From Octopus sinensis (taxonomy: Eukaryota): 64,000 bases of DNA. The stretch is taken from the NCBI RefSeq assembly GCF_006345805.1, contig NC_043006.1, positions 86,614,001 to 86,678,000 on the forward strand. Direction: 5' to 3'. This document shows, one piece after another, positions 41,346 to 54,480 of the stretch; the stretch's first letter is position 1; the number at the start of each line of letters is the position of its first letter. A program made the position numbers and the translations under genes. The notes under the pieces were generated by a model that worked only from the letters and a program-made list of their open reading frames with translations, had not been told where the DNA came from and ran no database searches.

Positions 41346-41831
41346 TCATCATTGTCTTCATCATATGAAGGAAAATTGTTCACATACTCCTTTTATAATT
41401 GTTATCGTTTTTTTTTCCTTTAACGGTGCCGTTGTTCTCTGTACCCCACTCCTCACCAACTCTCCAGTCCATGACAATTTTTCTTTTCCATTCCCACCTT
41501 CCTAACCCAACTTTACTGAACATTTAAGTAGCTCAGAGAACATTCTGAAAGATTCCATGTCTTTTTTTTTTATATAATATAAAATGATTGATTCTCTTGA
41601 TTGTTTATTATTTTCTTGTTCTTCTTATCATTATTATTGTTTTCTCAGTGGGTTGTCTCTCTGCCTGTCTGTCTCGCTATCCATCGGCCTACCTATCCCC
41701 CACCAACACTGTCTGTCTGTCTGTCTTCCTAACTTTCTCTTGCTTTAATGCGTTCTTAGTCTATAATTTATAGTGTTTATTATATCTGCAATCATTCTGA
41801 TTAACCACTGCATGTCAAAATGTCAATAGAG

Positions 41832-42315
41832 AACTCAGCTAGGTGGAGAATGTATAGTTTGATAGTCATCTATGTGGGGACACAGTACTTAGTTAGGTGA
41901 ATATACGGTATTTAGCGAAGTGGAGACAGTGCTCAGCTAGGTTGAGATGTCGTACTTAGCTAGGTTGAGAATGCATAAACTGGTACTCAGCTAGGTTGAG
42001 ACATGGTACTCAGCTAAGTTGAGACTTAGTATTCAGCTAGGTTGAGACTTGGTACACAATTAGGCTGAGAATGTATAGTCTGGTACTCAGTTATGTGGAG
42101 ACATAGCACTCAGTTAGGTAAATATACAGCACTCATTTAGGTGGAGACAATGCTCAGTTAGGTTGAGAAAAGGTACTCATTTAAGTGGAGAATGTATAGT
42201 CTGGTATTCAGCAATATGGAGACACAGTACTCAGTTAGGTGAATTTGCAGTAGTCAGGTAGGTTGAGACATGGTTCTCAGCTAGGTAGAGAATGTATAGT
42301 CAGGTACTCAGCAAG
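41832..42315. repeat. Minisatellite of 23-bp and 31-bp units with higher-order structure
   Basis: GTACTCAGCTAGGTTGAGA variants at 41983, 42006, 42029, 42052, 42083, 42106 and 42129. Confidence 0.9.
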
Positions 42316-43386
42316 GCAAATATGGATGATTAAATTATAACAGGTATATAACCCATTGTATTATAGTGCATTGTTGTACCATTCAAAACTTTTTATTCTT
42401 TATATGTGTGTGTGTGTGTGTGTGTGTGCGCGCGCATGTATATACCCATACCCACTCCACATACACTCATAACTGAGAAGCATTTCACTGTTCCCCATTA
42501 AATATGGTAGTCCCCCAATTTCCTTTGTGACTGTATCTATAGTCTTAGTGGAGAGGAATGTGGTCATAAATTTCCCCAGTGGTGTTGTGCTAATACCATG
42601 TGTGCATGCATGTATGTGTGTGTGTGTGCATGCACATGTGCATATGTGTGTGCATGCACGTGTGTGTGTGTGTGTGTGTGTGCATATCCATGTGCATTTG
42701 TAAGAGGTAAAAGCCACAAACTGTGACTTTGACCCAGTAAACTGGCAAAGTTTGTACAGCTTAGCAACAAATACACAGAAAAATAGATGAAATTATATGA
42801 AAAAGAATAAATAAACATAACTCAAAATGGAGTTGAACAAGACAAGAAAAAAATTCTGTAGACGTTTTAAAGCTTTTGATTCTTTTAATACTACCAGGTG
42901 TAGTTGCAGCAGGAGTATAAAGTCTTCATCATCATTATCATTGTTGTTGTTAGTATAATTCATCATCACATCATTATTTGTGGCAAATAAAATCCTCCTC
43001 CTCCTCCTCCTCTTCATCATCATCATATTTAACATCACTGTCATCATCATATTCAGTATCATCAATATTTTTAGATATTCCTGGAATTCTTATAGCTGTA
43101 GTTGTTGTAAGCAGTGTTTATGTATTTATTTATTTTTTTTTTGCTTCCAGATTTCTTTTCAAATTTAATTTTCTTCATAAATATTGTTTTGACATTTTTG
43201 TTCAAATTCAATGGAGATTATTTTCAACTCAAAAGAAACTATTTCTAAGAATCATTCTCACTAAATGCTTTGTCTGTGTTTATCTCACCCTCACATTTTC
43301 AATATTTTCTATCTTTTATTATTATTATTATCATTGTTATTGATATTATTAATTATTTTATTCAGCTTTTCTGAAAATTGAAAAAA

Positions 43387-43604
43387 GCAGTGAGCTGGCA
43401 GAATCGTTAACAAGCCAGGCAAAATGCTTAGCAATATTTTGTCTGCTGCTATGTTCTGAGTTCAAATCCCATCAAGGTCAACTTTGCCATTCATCTTTTC
43501 GGGGTTGATAAATTAAATACCAGTGAAACACCAGGGTTGATGAAATCGACTAGTCCCATCTCCTTAAATTTCAGACCTTGTGCATATAGTAGAAAGGATT
43601 ATTA

Positions 43605-43640
<36 letters not shown>
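43387..43640 (+). mobile_element. SINE family D with (ATT)n tail
   Basis: GTGAGCTGGCAGAATCGTTA head, GAGTTCAAATCC B-box, GGGGTTGATAAATTAAATACCAG body. Confidence 0.8.
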
Positions 43641-43641
<1 letters not shown>

Positions 43642-43642
43642 T

Positions 43643-44200
43643 ATTGAGTGAGAGAGCAGTGCATGCCATCAAGGTGACACTGGGATGAAATATATGAAGC
43701 CCAGTATACCCATCATGACTACCTGTCTGATAAGGGTACACTAGACACATGCATCATAACCATATGTGCGTGACATGGTGATCTCATGTCAAGATAAACA
43801 GCACATGACCTTGCATGTGGGGCCTAGTTAGAATTTTCTTCTGGTTGAGTAACTCATCCTGCTCAAAAGGTCCCTGAATAAGGGTTGCTTAAGGATGTTC
43901 AATGAAACACCCATGTTTCCAGAGGTGAATTATTCAAACCCCAAAGAATCCCACTCAACACATGGCTATGATACTCCCCCACTTCTTCTGCTCGTGATCA
44001 GAGATGCACATGTCGTCAGCCACTAAGGGACATGCTCAACTAGTTACGGTCAAACAACTGACAAGCAAATCTGTGGTATTGAGCAGAATATTTGCTGTAG
44101 CCCATCTTTTATACCAAGACAAAACAATGTACATGATAACACATCCAATCAGTTAAGATCAGAAGCCACGAGAGCCACTGCCTGGTACTGCATCAGGGCA
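43643..44200 (-). mobile_element. ~550-bp unclassified interspersed repeat, copy 1
   Basis: Reverse-complement similarity along its length to 44935-45462; strand assigned from the (AAT)n tail. Confidence 0.7.
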
Positions 44201-44446
44201 TTTATCGTCGTCGTCATCATCATCATTATTATTATTATTATTATCATCATTATTTGTTTAAAACTCACAGCTTATTTTTACTAGATATGAAGCATCATCC
44301 TAAAAGAATATGAGTTGTATGCAAGTGTAAAAATCAGCGTCGACAAATCAGTGAGTTTGCGGTTGGGCTCCTGGAGAAGCAGGACAATGGCTTTGGATGG
44401 CATTGTTGGACACTGAACCGATGAACCAGTTAAACTGCTTGGGGTT

Positions 44447-44660
44447 TCTTTACTACCCACAAGGGGCTAAACACAGAGAGGACAAACAAACGGATTAAGT
44501 CGATTATATCGACCCCAGTGCGTAACTGGTACTTATTTAATCGACCCCGAAAGGACGAAAGGCAAAGTCGACCTCAGTGGAATTTGAACTCAGAACATAG
44601 CAGCAGACGAAATACCGCTAAGCATTTCGCCTGGCGTGCTAACGTTTCTGCCAGCTCACC

Positions 44661-44708
<48 letters not shown>

Positions 44709-44890
44709 GCACAAGGCCAGCAATTTCGTGGGAAAAGTTAATTGATTACATTGACCCTAATACTGGTACTTATTTTATCAACCCTCTAAGGATGAAAGGC
44801 AAAGTCGACCTTAGCAGAGTTTGAAATTGGAATGTAAAGATAGACGAAATGCTGCTCAGCATAGTAACGATTCTGTCAGCTTGCAACCTT
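44447..44890 (-). mobile_element. Two tandem SINE family D copies (44447-44660 and 44707-44890) joined by (AAT)n
   Basis: Both are reverse matches to 43387-43600. Confidence 0.8.
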
Positions 44891-44934
44891 GATAATAATA
44901 ATAATGATAATGATGATGATGATGATGCCCCAAT

Positions 44935-45462
44935 GCAATACCAGGCACCGGTTCTCATGGTTTCTGCTCTTAACTGATAGGAAGTGCTATCATGTATATG
45001 TTTTCTCTTAGTATAAAAGATGGGCTATAGCAAATATTCTGCTCAATACCTTGTCAGTTGCTTGACCATAACCAGTTGAGTATGTCCCTTAATAGCTGAT
45101 GATATGTGCATCTCTGATCATGAGTAGGAGTAATTGGAGAGCATCATTGCCATGTGTTGAAAAAAATTCTTTGAGGGTTTGAATAATTCACCCCTGGAAA
45201 CATGGATGTTGCATTCGTCCTTAAACAAACCTTATTCACAGACCTCTTCAGCAGGATGGACTACTCGACCCGAAGAAAATTCGAAGCAGGCTCCACCTGC
45301 AAGGTTATGCATTGTCTATCTTGATATGAAATCCCCATGTCATGCATATATGGTTGTGATGCATGTGCCTTATCAGAGGTGTAATTATAATGGGTATATT
45401 GGGCTTTGTATATTTGTACCAGTGTCACTTTGATGGTATGCATTGCTCTTTCATCCAATAAT
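44935..45462 (+). mobile_element. ~550-bp unclassified interspersed repeat, copy 2
   Basis: Diverged inverted partner of 43643-44200, ending in (AAT)n. Confidence 0.7.
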
Positions 45463-45703
45463 AATGATAATGATGATAATAATAATAAGTGGTGGTGGTG
45501 GTGGCAGCAGCAGCCGTCCAAGAATTTGGACCTGGAGATCTCCATTTCCAGCGACTTCGAGGGCCACCTCCCAGTGGTGTCAGGCATCAACAAAGAGCCC
45601 TCAACTACAACAAGACGACCAAAGTTTTTTTTTCCAAGGTCTGGGGTCTCTCACCCCTAAGCTCTAGACCATTACCTAATCACCCTTACCCGTCTTGTTG
45701 CTT

Positions 45704-45737
<34 letters not shown>

Positions 45738-48700
45738 GCAGCAGCAGCAGCAGTAGTAGTAGTCCTCTAAATTCTCGAATTAAGTACAAAACCACAAATA
45801 CTTAAGAGGAAAGATATATTGAATCCAATAAATCTTAGTAGTTGACTGGTTCTCATTCTATCAAGGCTGAAAAGTGGAAATTAGCAACAGAGAGGTTTTA
45901 AATAGTAAGTAGAGGAATAAACCTAAGTGTTACAATCCATTTAGTTAGGTGTAGTACCATATATGTCATGTACCATCTATTTAACTGTTGTTCCAAAAAC
46001 TTTTGGCCCAACCATATTCCTTTCAATGTTACAAATATCAAAACTTCACTTAATCTTTTTTTCTTTTTAATTTCTAGTTCAATGTTTTATCACTTACATA
46101 AAAATTTTTTGTATATTTCAACTTTTCTAAATAATTTGCAATATAATTTCCTGTCTTCTGAAACTTTAGATTTCAAGTTGATAGCCAAACCTATCAACCA
46201 GGTATAGCTTGCATGACATCAACATCTATATTTCCACTTTGAGTGGCTAATTAGTTACTAATTAATAGTTAATACTGTCATATATAATCTCTCAATTACT
46301 TGTTGGGAATGAATGTATGCAGACAAAAATAATTGTCATTATTTTTTATCAATAACTGTTGATATTTGATCAATGATATTTTGTTTTATATTGGGAGAGT
46401 CGTTATACCACTAAGAAACACACACACTAGTTGTATTTCACTTTGCTTATTCGTCAACTAGTTAACCAGTTTAGCCAGTTAACTAATCGATTGTTCAATT
46501 AATCATTCTAGTTAATCAGCTAAGTTCATCAGAGTTGCTTTACTACCATTTGCTATCAGTGACAAAAGGACTGATGAAACTAACTGATTAATTGATTAAC
46601 TAGATAGTTAATCAAACAATTAATTTGTTAACTGGAAAGTTTTTTAACAGATTGACTAATAATTTTGATAAAAGATGTGAAATTCTGGTGTTTCTTATAA
46701 TCATAATGATCCTTCTATGATACTACAAAATCTGTTTTAACATATGATTACATATCAAGGATCATCAAACCAAATACAAAAGCAAGATTATCAATAATAA
46801 TATCAATACAAAATAATTGTCATTATTCTTGTGTATGCAAATGAAGCTGTGCTAGATTAAAATAGCCATCTATGTACCATACTTAATGTATATACACCAC
46901 TGAAAGACAAGTTGCTGTGATTTTCCTCCAAGATAAAAATTCTTATGGATATACTGTATTTAAAGATACAATATATAAATATATCAGAGGAAGATGAAAA
47001 TTTATCCCGATAGTGGCTGGTGAAACCTTGGAAGGATGAAAGACAATGACACTCTCAACAGAATCTCACCCCAGAACATAGAAGGCAATTACTTAATTGT
47101 TCCTTGTTTCAGAATATTTAATTTCATCTTTTCTCACTCCCTGTGCTGGCATTATTGATGAATGAGAAGACCTTCATTTACATCACTCACTACTCTTTGT
47201 ATAAAAGAATGAGAATAAATTCGTCACTCCTGCACAAAATAGCAGAAAGGTTTTGTGGAGGTCTGTCTAAGAAGAATCTCAGTTCTGCGATCCCTTAATG
47301 TTTGATGCAAATGATGAAGTCAGTGCCACACCATATCTTTCTCAGCTACTCTTTCTCCTGTATATATGAGGTCCAGGAGTCCATGTAGTGATAAATTACT
47401 GTTCTCTGGAATATTTTCTCCAAGAACTCTAGGGACACAGATAATGCAGTCCATACTTTGCCACTCAAGACAAGCTTTTGAACTTCTCTCAGGTATGTTT
47501 GTTTCTCTTCCAGAAAGATCTGCTCAATTATTTTTGTGAATTTTGCAAAGGAATCTTTCTGTAACACTTATTTAGGATACCTGTGGTTCCTTCAGCTACA
47601 CTTCTAGTAGAAATAGCAGAAATAGCTGCAGTAATGGTGACAGAAGTGCAAAAAATATTATTGTCTTTGGTGTTGTTGGTTGTTGGAATGAAAGGAAATA
47701 TGGTCTGGTTAGCAGAGGTGGCCTCAGTTACTGTAATTTCTGCTACCTTGCTGTAAACATCTAGATGTTGGTGGTGCTATTTCCTTCTCAAGTTTTGTAA
47801 TTGTTTAGTCACTGTTATTGTTATTGTTCATATTGCTGCTCTTCCCCGAGAATGGCTGAGCTGGAAATTGTATTTTGCTAAAAGAAATGAAATCGAAATT
47901 GTTTTTGGTGTTGTTTTTATCATTTTCAGTTTTGGTATAGTTGTCCACTAAGTTGTTGTTACAACTGGTCATAATATTACTGCTATACTTCTCCAAAAAA
48001 ATTTCTTTTAAATGTTCTCTTTCCACTCGGTTAGCAAAATCTTTCGAGGCAAACCTATCTTCTCTTCTACTGATCAACAGCTGCCATGGGCACGTCCTAG
48101 CACTCCCCTCTTTTCAAATATCAGACATTTTACATATAATATTTGGCTGCTTGCTATTGAAGTCAATGGAGAAAAACAACAGCCATATCTCATTTAATAA
48201 ATAGAGATACTGTGAGTTTTATTTAGAGAGTATCTCAAACAAACCTAAATAAAATTTCAAAATTTTATGTTAGAAATTTGTGAAAATTATGTAAACTTAT
48301 ACAATGGTGATATTTATGGTCAGTGTAACTTGGATAAGAAAACAACAAGAACACCTCCCCACCCACACACATACACAACAAGAAGATTGCTATATTATTT
48401 GAATAAATAGAGAGTGACTGTTTATTGAATTCAACAAAATTTGAAGTGTGTATGTTATCCTCAAAATCAAAAATGAAAAATATGTGGAAATACAGAAATT
48501 TAAATTTTGAAGCAAAATATCCTGCCTTCCGTTTTAGACCGAATGACATCTTCAATTTTCACTTTTTTTATAACTATTATAAAAGAAAAAAACAAAGGAA
48601 AGAAGAAAAAAAAGTAGAGAAGAGAACACTTAGTCAAAAGGTTTTTTGCTAATGTGATGGGATTTTCTGCTATTTTATTCATTCCTCCTGTGCATGACAT

Positions 48701-49634
48701 TAGTAATTCACAAATATATTTATTCTTAAGTGTTTTGAGAACTAATTTCTGATGGAGATGACTTGATTCCAGGGTGTTGCTGAAAATGTATGTGGGATGA
48801 CAAAATACAATTAAGTCAAACTTGAAGTCCAAATTTTTTAGGATATAACAGATTTGTACTGGCATATGGGATCATTGGAAACATGCAAATGCTTTTGTGC
48901 ACCATTATGTTGAATGTGGTTATAGGTTATAGTGAATCAATGATTAAAGGAACTTGCAAATGACATAACCAGATTTAGCAAGGAAAGTCAAACTTTCACA
49001 CCTAATTTTAGAAACCAACGTAAAATTTATGTTCAAATTCCTTTAGTGATTAACTGGCACCAAAATTTCACTACCATTTAAAAAGCACTTCATGAAAGTT
49101 ACCAGCATATTTCAGAAACATACCTTCATTTCAGAGACATATTACCTTGCCTGCTTATTGTAGTCTACATGCAATAAAAATGTAAGAGAATTATTGAATA
49201 CTAGCTCTAATCCCAATGAAAACTTCATTAGACTTTCTGGATTGGGTATTAAAAAAATTATCTAGATGAGAGGTGAGATCTATTCATTGTACAACTATAT
49301 GAGTCAAGTCAACCCTATCACAAATGTTATGATTTATACAGAAGATGGGACTTGTGGCAATTCCAATTTGGTGTACACCTAAGAATGCACTAAAAACAAC
49401 TTGATTTATGTTGGCTGCCAACAGAAAAATTGAATAAAAGATTCAATAGTCATGGGTACAACATCATGTTCAATAATAGTAGTTTGGTGGAACTTGCTGA
49501 ACGTTCTACATCAAACAGCTGTAAATTTGAGAAACATTTGGAAGGACACATTCTCAGAAAATATTTGACTGCACTGCACTTTCGCTCCTCAAAACACAGG
49601 AAGATAAATATATTAGTGAATGACTAATGTCATG

Positions 49635-51158
49635 CCTATGCATGTCCTTGGCTGTTATAGCCCATGTTTCATTGTCATGCAGCATAACTGTTTGCACACA
49701 GGCATCAAAAATCTGCCTTTCACTCTGAGAAAGAGGCCCTTCGTTGCCAGCGGGGGTAAGAGCTCTGTGAATTTTGCCCAGCCTATCTGGTATCTGTGAA
49801 CTTTGCCCAGCCTAGCTGGTCCCTCAGTTGGGTCAACATTTGACAGACTCTCCTCCTCCCATTTATTCTCCATGTTCAGCAGTCTTTCATAATGGCATCT
49901 CCAAGCCTCTTACTTTGCAGATTCATTAAAAGCAAGTGCACCATCATCCATGTGGACATTTCTCTCCTATGACATCACAATTTTCTCTTACACACTGTCT
50001 TGCAATTTGAAATACTTCATTCAGTTCATTGGCTCACATGGCACTGTACATAGGCAAACTTCTTTTCTGCTTCTCCCTTGACTAGATATACCTGTCTCCT
50101 AGCTTCCCTTCTGATTATCTAATACAGTTCCCTGCTGTCCCCATTCTTCCACACCTGTTTCTTTGCTCTAATCGCCCTGTCTACGGTATTGTTCCACCAT
50201 CACATTACCCTAGGTCTGGATGGTACTTTGCACAAGTCACAGATTTGGTTTGTAGCATGCAGCAAGCTGTCCCACAGGAATTCCCAGTTGCCCTCTGTCA
50301 CAAGTTTGTAGCTGACCTTCCCTCTCATCAAATTTCTCAATTAGAATGTCTCTAAATCTCTGACCATATGAAGGGTCCTTAAGCTTCCAAATCCTTCTTT
50401 TCGAGATTGGTTTGCTTCTTGGCATCTTTTTGACCTGGAGTCTAAAGTTGCTAATGACTAGTCTATGCTGTGAGGTACATTATTTACCAGGGAGAGTCTT
50501 TGCATTTAAGAGCAACCATGCATCCTGCTGTTTGGTGAGAATAAAATCTATCTGGCTAGCAAAGTCACCTGATTGATAGGTTATCAAGTGGCTGGTTGGC
50601 TTCCTGAAGTTGGTGTTGCAAAGAAAAAGGTTATTCACATCACAGAACTCCAGTAGCCTTGTTCCCTCTTTGTTTCGGGAACTGATTCTATAGCCCCCAT
50701 GAACACCAAGGTAGATACCATGCTGCCATCCAATATGCCCACTGAAATCCTCAGCCATGAAGATGAGATCATTGTCATTCATCTTGGAGGTAGCCTGCAG
50801 AAGAATATCATAAAAGTGATCCTTCTGTTCATTTGGTAGGTTGACTTGTGGTGGGTAGGCAGATATTATTTTAGCTATACTATTCTGCAAGACTAGCCTG
50901 AGCTTAAGTACTCTATCACATACTCTGACTACCTCTATGACTTTATCCAGCCATTTCTCAGCAAGGAGTATGCCCACACCACCTACTCCATTACTGTTAC
51001 CTTCCAAGAAGATTTTATACCTATGTGTCTTGCCTGTGAGGAACCTAGCTGAAGCTCCTCGCCACCTAACCTCTTGGATGCAAGCTGTATGAACATGCTT
51101 CCTTTCAAGCATCTCTACAATTTCGTTAGATATACATTTACAGTGCCAACTCTGAAAA
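49635..51158 (-). mobile_element. RTE LINE remnant: APE endonuclease and linker joined to post-RT region; RT core missing
   Basis: FRVGTVNV start; ORF 50480-51112 with CIQEVRW, ISAYPPQ, EDFSGH, QIDFIL; linker EWEEESL; then directly WAKFTELLPPLATKG. Confidence 0.9.
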
Positions 51159-51428
51159 CTGGGAAAGGGATGTGGGAAAAAACACGGGAAGGACAGATGT
51201 TATTCAGCACCTGAAAAAAAGATTTCTATGATTGTTTGATACCAGACATGTCATAACAGCTGCTCTCGCTTTTAACCTATCATCATTCAAACAAGTTAAA
51301 ATTGCTGCCTCTACTGGGGATGAGAGTAAGGTAAGCATTGTAAATATGAGTTACTGCAGCTGCAAAGATAGGTATAAATATGCCAAAGTTACATTAAGTA
51401 AATGTGCTGCTATTTGGTTAGGTTAGTC

Positions 51429-51467
<39 letters not shown>

Positions 51468-52993
51468 TAGGAATATGTGCCTTGGAAAACCTAATCTATG
51501 CCATTACCTGCTTAGGGTGCGGTAATCAATATATTGGCCAAACAGGAATATCACTCTGTCAAAGAACCACTCTTCACAAAGAACAAATCCACTATCCATA
51601 ATACAGACAGATACAGGTCAGTGAACACATAGAGAGGTGTGCTAGGAACCTTGATCCTAACTTCCTAATTTTTCCCTTTCTATCATTGTTCACAGGACAC
51701 ATCAGACAGCAAAGAATGAATAAAGAGGCAACTTTCATCAATAAATATCATCCACAACTTAACATGAATACATATCATAATACAGAACACTACTAACCTT
51801 ACCAATAATACGACTAACACCCATACATCCCATACACCAGTCATATTACAGTATTATACTTACCCTAATTGCACCATGTCCAGAACTACTTACCTCCCTT
51901 ACACATAATCTTTTTACTCAGGGACTAGTACACCTGACACCATTTGGAAATTGGTGCTCATTTACAGCTAGTGAACAGTATTTGATGATACTTTGAATCA
52001 CATTAACAATTCAAAATAATGACTTTTATTCCTCTTAATTCTACCTCAGTTCATCTATTTGTATATATTTATTGTTACTTTTAATAAAAAAGCCTTTATT
52101 GTTTTATATCCAATGTGCATTTTCGCAACTTTTTCTTCTTACTTTCCCCATATATATATATAGAGAGGGAGAGGAGAGGAAGCTGGTTTGGAAGAGATTG
52201 AGGGATGGAGGTATGTAGAGCTGCTGGTGTAGAAGTGAAGCAGAGTTCTGTGGGAGTTTTCAGTATGAGGGAAGAGATTTCATGGTAAAGAGATTACCGG
52301 TATACGAGAGAAGGGATTACTGGCATGCGAGAGAAGGGACTTCCAGTACGAGAGAAAGGATTTCCGGTATTGGTGGTGGGGGTGGGGAAGGGTGGGTGCA
52401 TTGCAAAAAAGAAATGGAAGTACAGGCTAGCTTCGCATTAAAGTTACAAAGTTCATTTAACTTAGGATCATTTGGCATGGGAGTAATACAAAGAGAAATG
52501 ATGAACGATTAAAAAGCAACAGAATTTCTTAGCTTAGCAGCTGGACATTTCGTGCTGTGATATGACAGTGTCAAATAGCACAGCACAGCAAGAAAGAAGA
52601 TTTGGGAGGAAAGCCATGTGTTTTTATAGTCTTATAGCCAGGAGTTGTCAAAGAGTGACTGGCTTTGCCACAAGGGAATTGAAATAGCACAAAGAACCAC
52701 AGTGAAATGGACGAAAAGAAAATGGCTAGCTTCGCCACAAGTGAATTGAAATATGAGCATGTTAATAATACAAGTAAGATGAAAGTAAACAATGAAGAAC
52801 TGTTAGAAAACTAGAGAAGTTTCTTAGCTTAGATATCGCGAAAAAGAAGTGGAAGTGCAGCCTAACTTAATGATTCTGCAAATCTACAGCTCTTGTTGTT
52901 GATGATGATGATTGTAGTGATGATGATGTTTTCCTTTATTTGTCACAAGGCTCTAATAATAACAAGAAACATAAAAAGGATAATGAATTTAAA

Positions 52994-53650
52994 CAATTGC
53001 AGCGTAGAAGGTGTTTATAAGCCATTTAAGAAACACACAAAAACCGTTAGATTCACTTCAACATTTAAATTTAATTTGTCAAAATATTTTTGTCGCTTTG
53101 AGACCGCGACCTGTTCATTGACATAATTCCGTACTGCATCTGAGAAAGTAACAGTTAGTTCATGATATATATGTATGTATGTATATATGTATGTATGTAT
53201 GTATGTACGTATGCATGTGTGTACATGTATGTGCATATGCATATGTGTGCATGTATATATGCATGTATGTAAGTATGTACTTATGTATGTACATACACAT
53301 ACACATGTACACACACACAGACATGTCTTCACACTCTCCTAAATACCCACATACATAAGTACATATGTACATACTTACATACATACATGCGTATATGGAT
53401 GCACACATATGCATATGCACATACATGTACACACATGCATACGTGCATATATACATACATATATGCACACATACATATATATCATGAACTAACTGTTACT
53501 TTCTCAGATGAAGTACGGAATTTTGTCAGTGAACAGGTCGCGGTCTCAATGCGACGAAAATATTTTGACAAATTAAATTTAAATGCTGAAGTGAATCTAA
53601 CGGATTTTGTGTGTTTCTTAAATGGCTTACAAACACCTACGTTGCAATTG
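52994..53650. repeat. Fold-back element, ~300-bp arms including inverted simple-repeat DNA
   Basis: 52994-~53290 is the reverse complement of ~53348-53650. The ORF track shows near-identical peptide ends (HELTVTFSD...VNEQVAVS) on opposite strands. Confidence 0.9.
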
Positions 53651-54154
53651 CTTTCGTTCCAGCACACAATCTCAGATCAGGTAACTTGCTATGCATGTAC
53701 ATCTTTGATAATGAATTTGTAACATAGAAAGACAATTAGGTTTATATTTTTCATATTTCTTTCATCTGTCTTTTGCATTTTCAACATTAAAGAATATTAC
53801 AAAGACAAAAGGAAAGAAATGCCTCGTGTGTTGACCTTTCAATGTTTAAAGTTATTAATAGTAGTCTACTATCGCCCATCATTTAGTGTTCATAATTTAT
53901 GTAGGCATGGGCTGGATGGTTTCACAGGATCCAACAGGTCAAGGATTGTGTCAAGCTCCAAAGTCTGTTACAAATGAATACCCTTCCTAATGCCAACCAC
54001 TTTACAGAGTGTACTGGGTAACTTTTGTGTTACCAACACTATGTAATTGAGAAGCAGCTTATAAGACTAGACCCCTCGATTGGGAGTGGGTGTATATTGA
54101 GGGACATAGCTTTATGCCAGATCTTGAGAGGGAAGGCTATGATAAAGGGATAGG

Positions 54155-54480
54155 AACATCATCATCACCATCGTTTAATGTCCTCCTTCCATGCTGGCCT
54201 GGGTTGGGCAGTTTGACAGATGCTGGCCAGGCAGAAGCCTGCACCATACTTCTATGTCTGTTTTGGACTGGTTTTTAAGGCTGGATGCTCTTCCTAACAT
54301 CAACCACCCAGCAGAGTGAGCTAAGTGCTTTTTATGTGGCACCAGCACAGGAAAGGTCAGTTTTAGCATGGTTTTTTACAGCTGATTGCTCTTCCAATTG
54401 CTAACCACTTTACAGTGTGGACTATATGCTTTTTGAGTGGTACCAGCACTGGCAGGGTCACCAAGTAACTTTGCAAGACA
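54155..54480 (-). mobile_element. Degenerate RTE tail copies
   Basis: (CAT)n followed by CCTTCCATGCTGGCCTGGGTTGG and GGCTGGATGCTCTTCCTAAC. Confidence 0.7.

Noticed and set aside
40636-41423. ORFs with poly-T/Y/H/V/L runs
   Set aside because: Trinucleotide mosaic open in several frames on both strands, with no complex domain.
41832-42315. CRISPR-like periodicity
   Set aside because: Units are contiguous and degenerate with no unique spacers; eukaryotic context, no cas genes.
52291-52370. ~22-bp degenerate tandem (GAGAAGGGATT...CG)
   Set aside because: Small ordinary minisatellite with no further structure.
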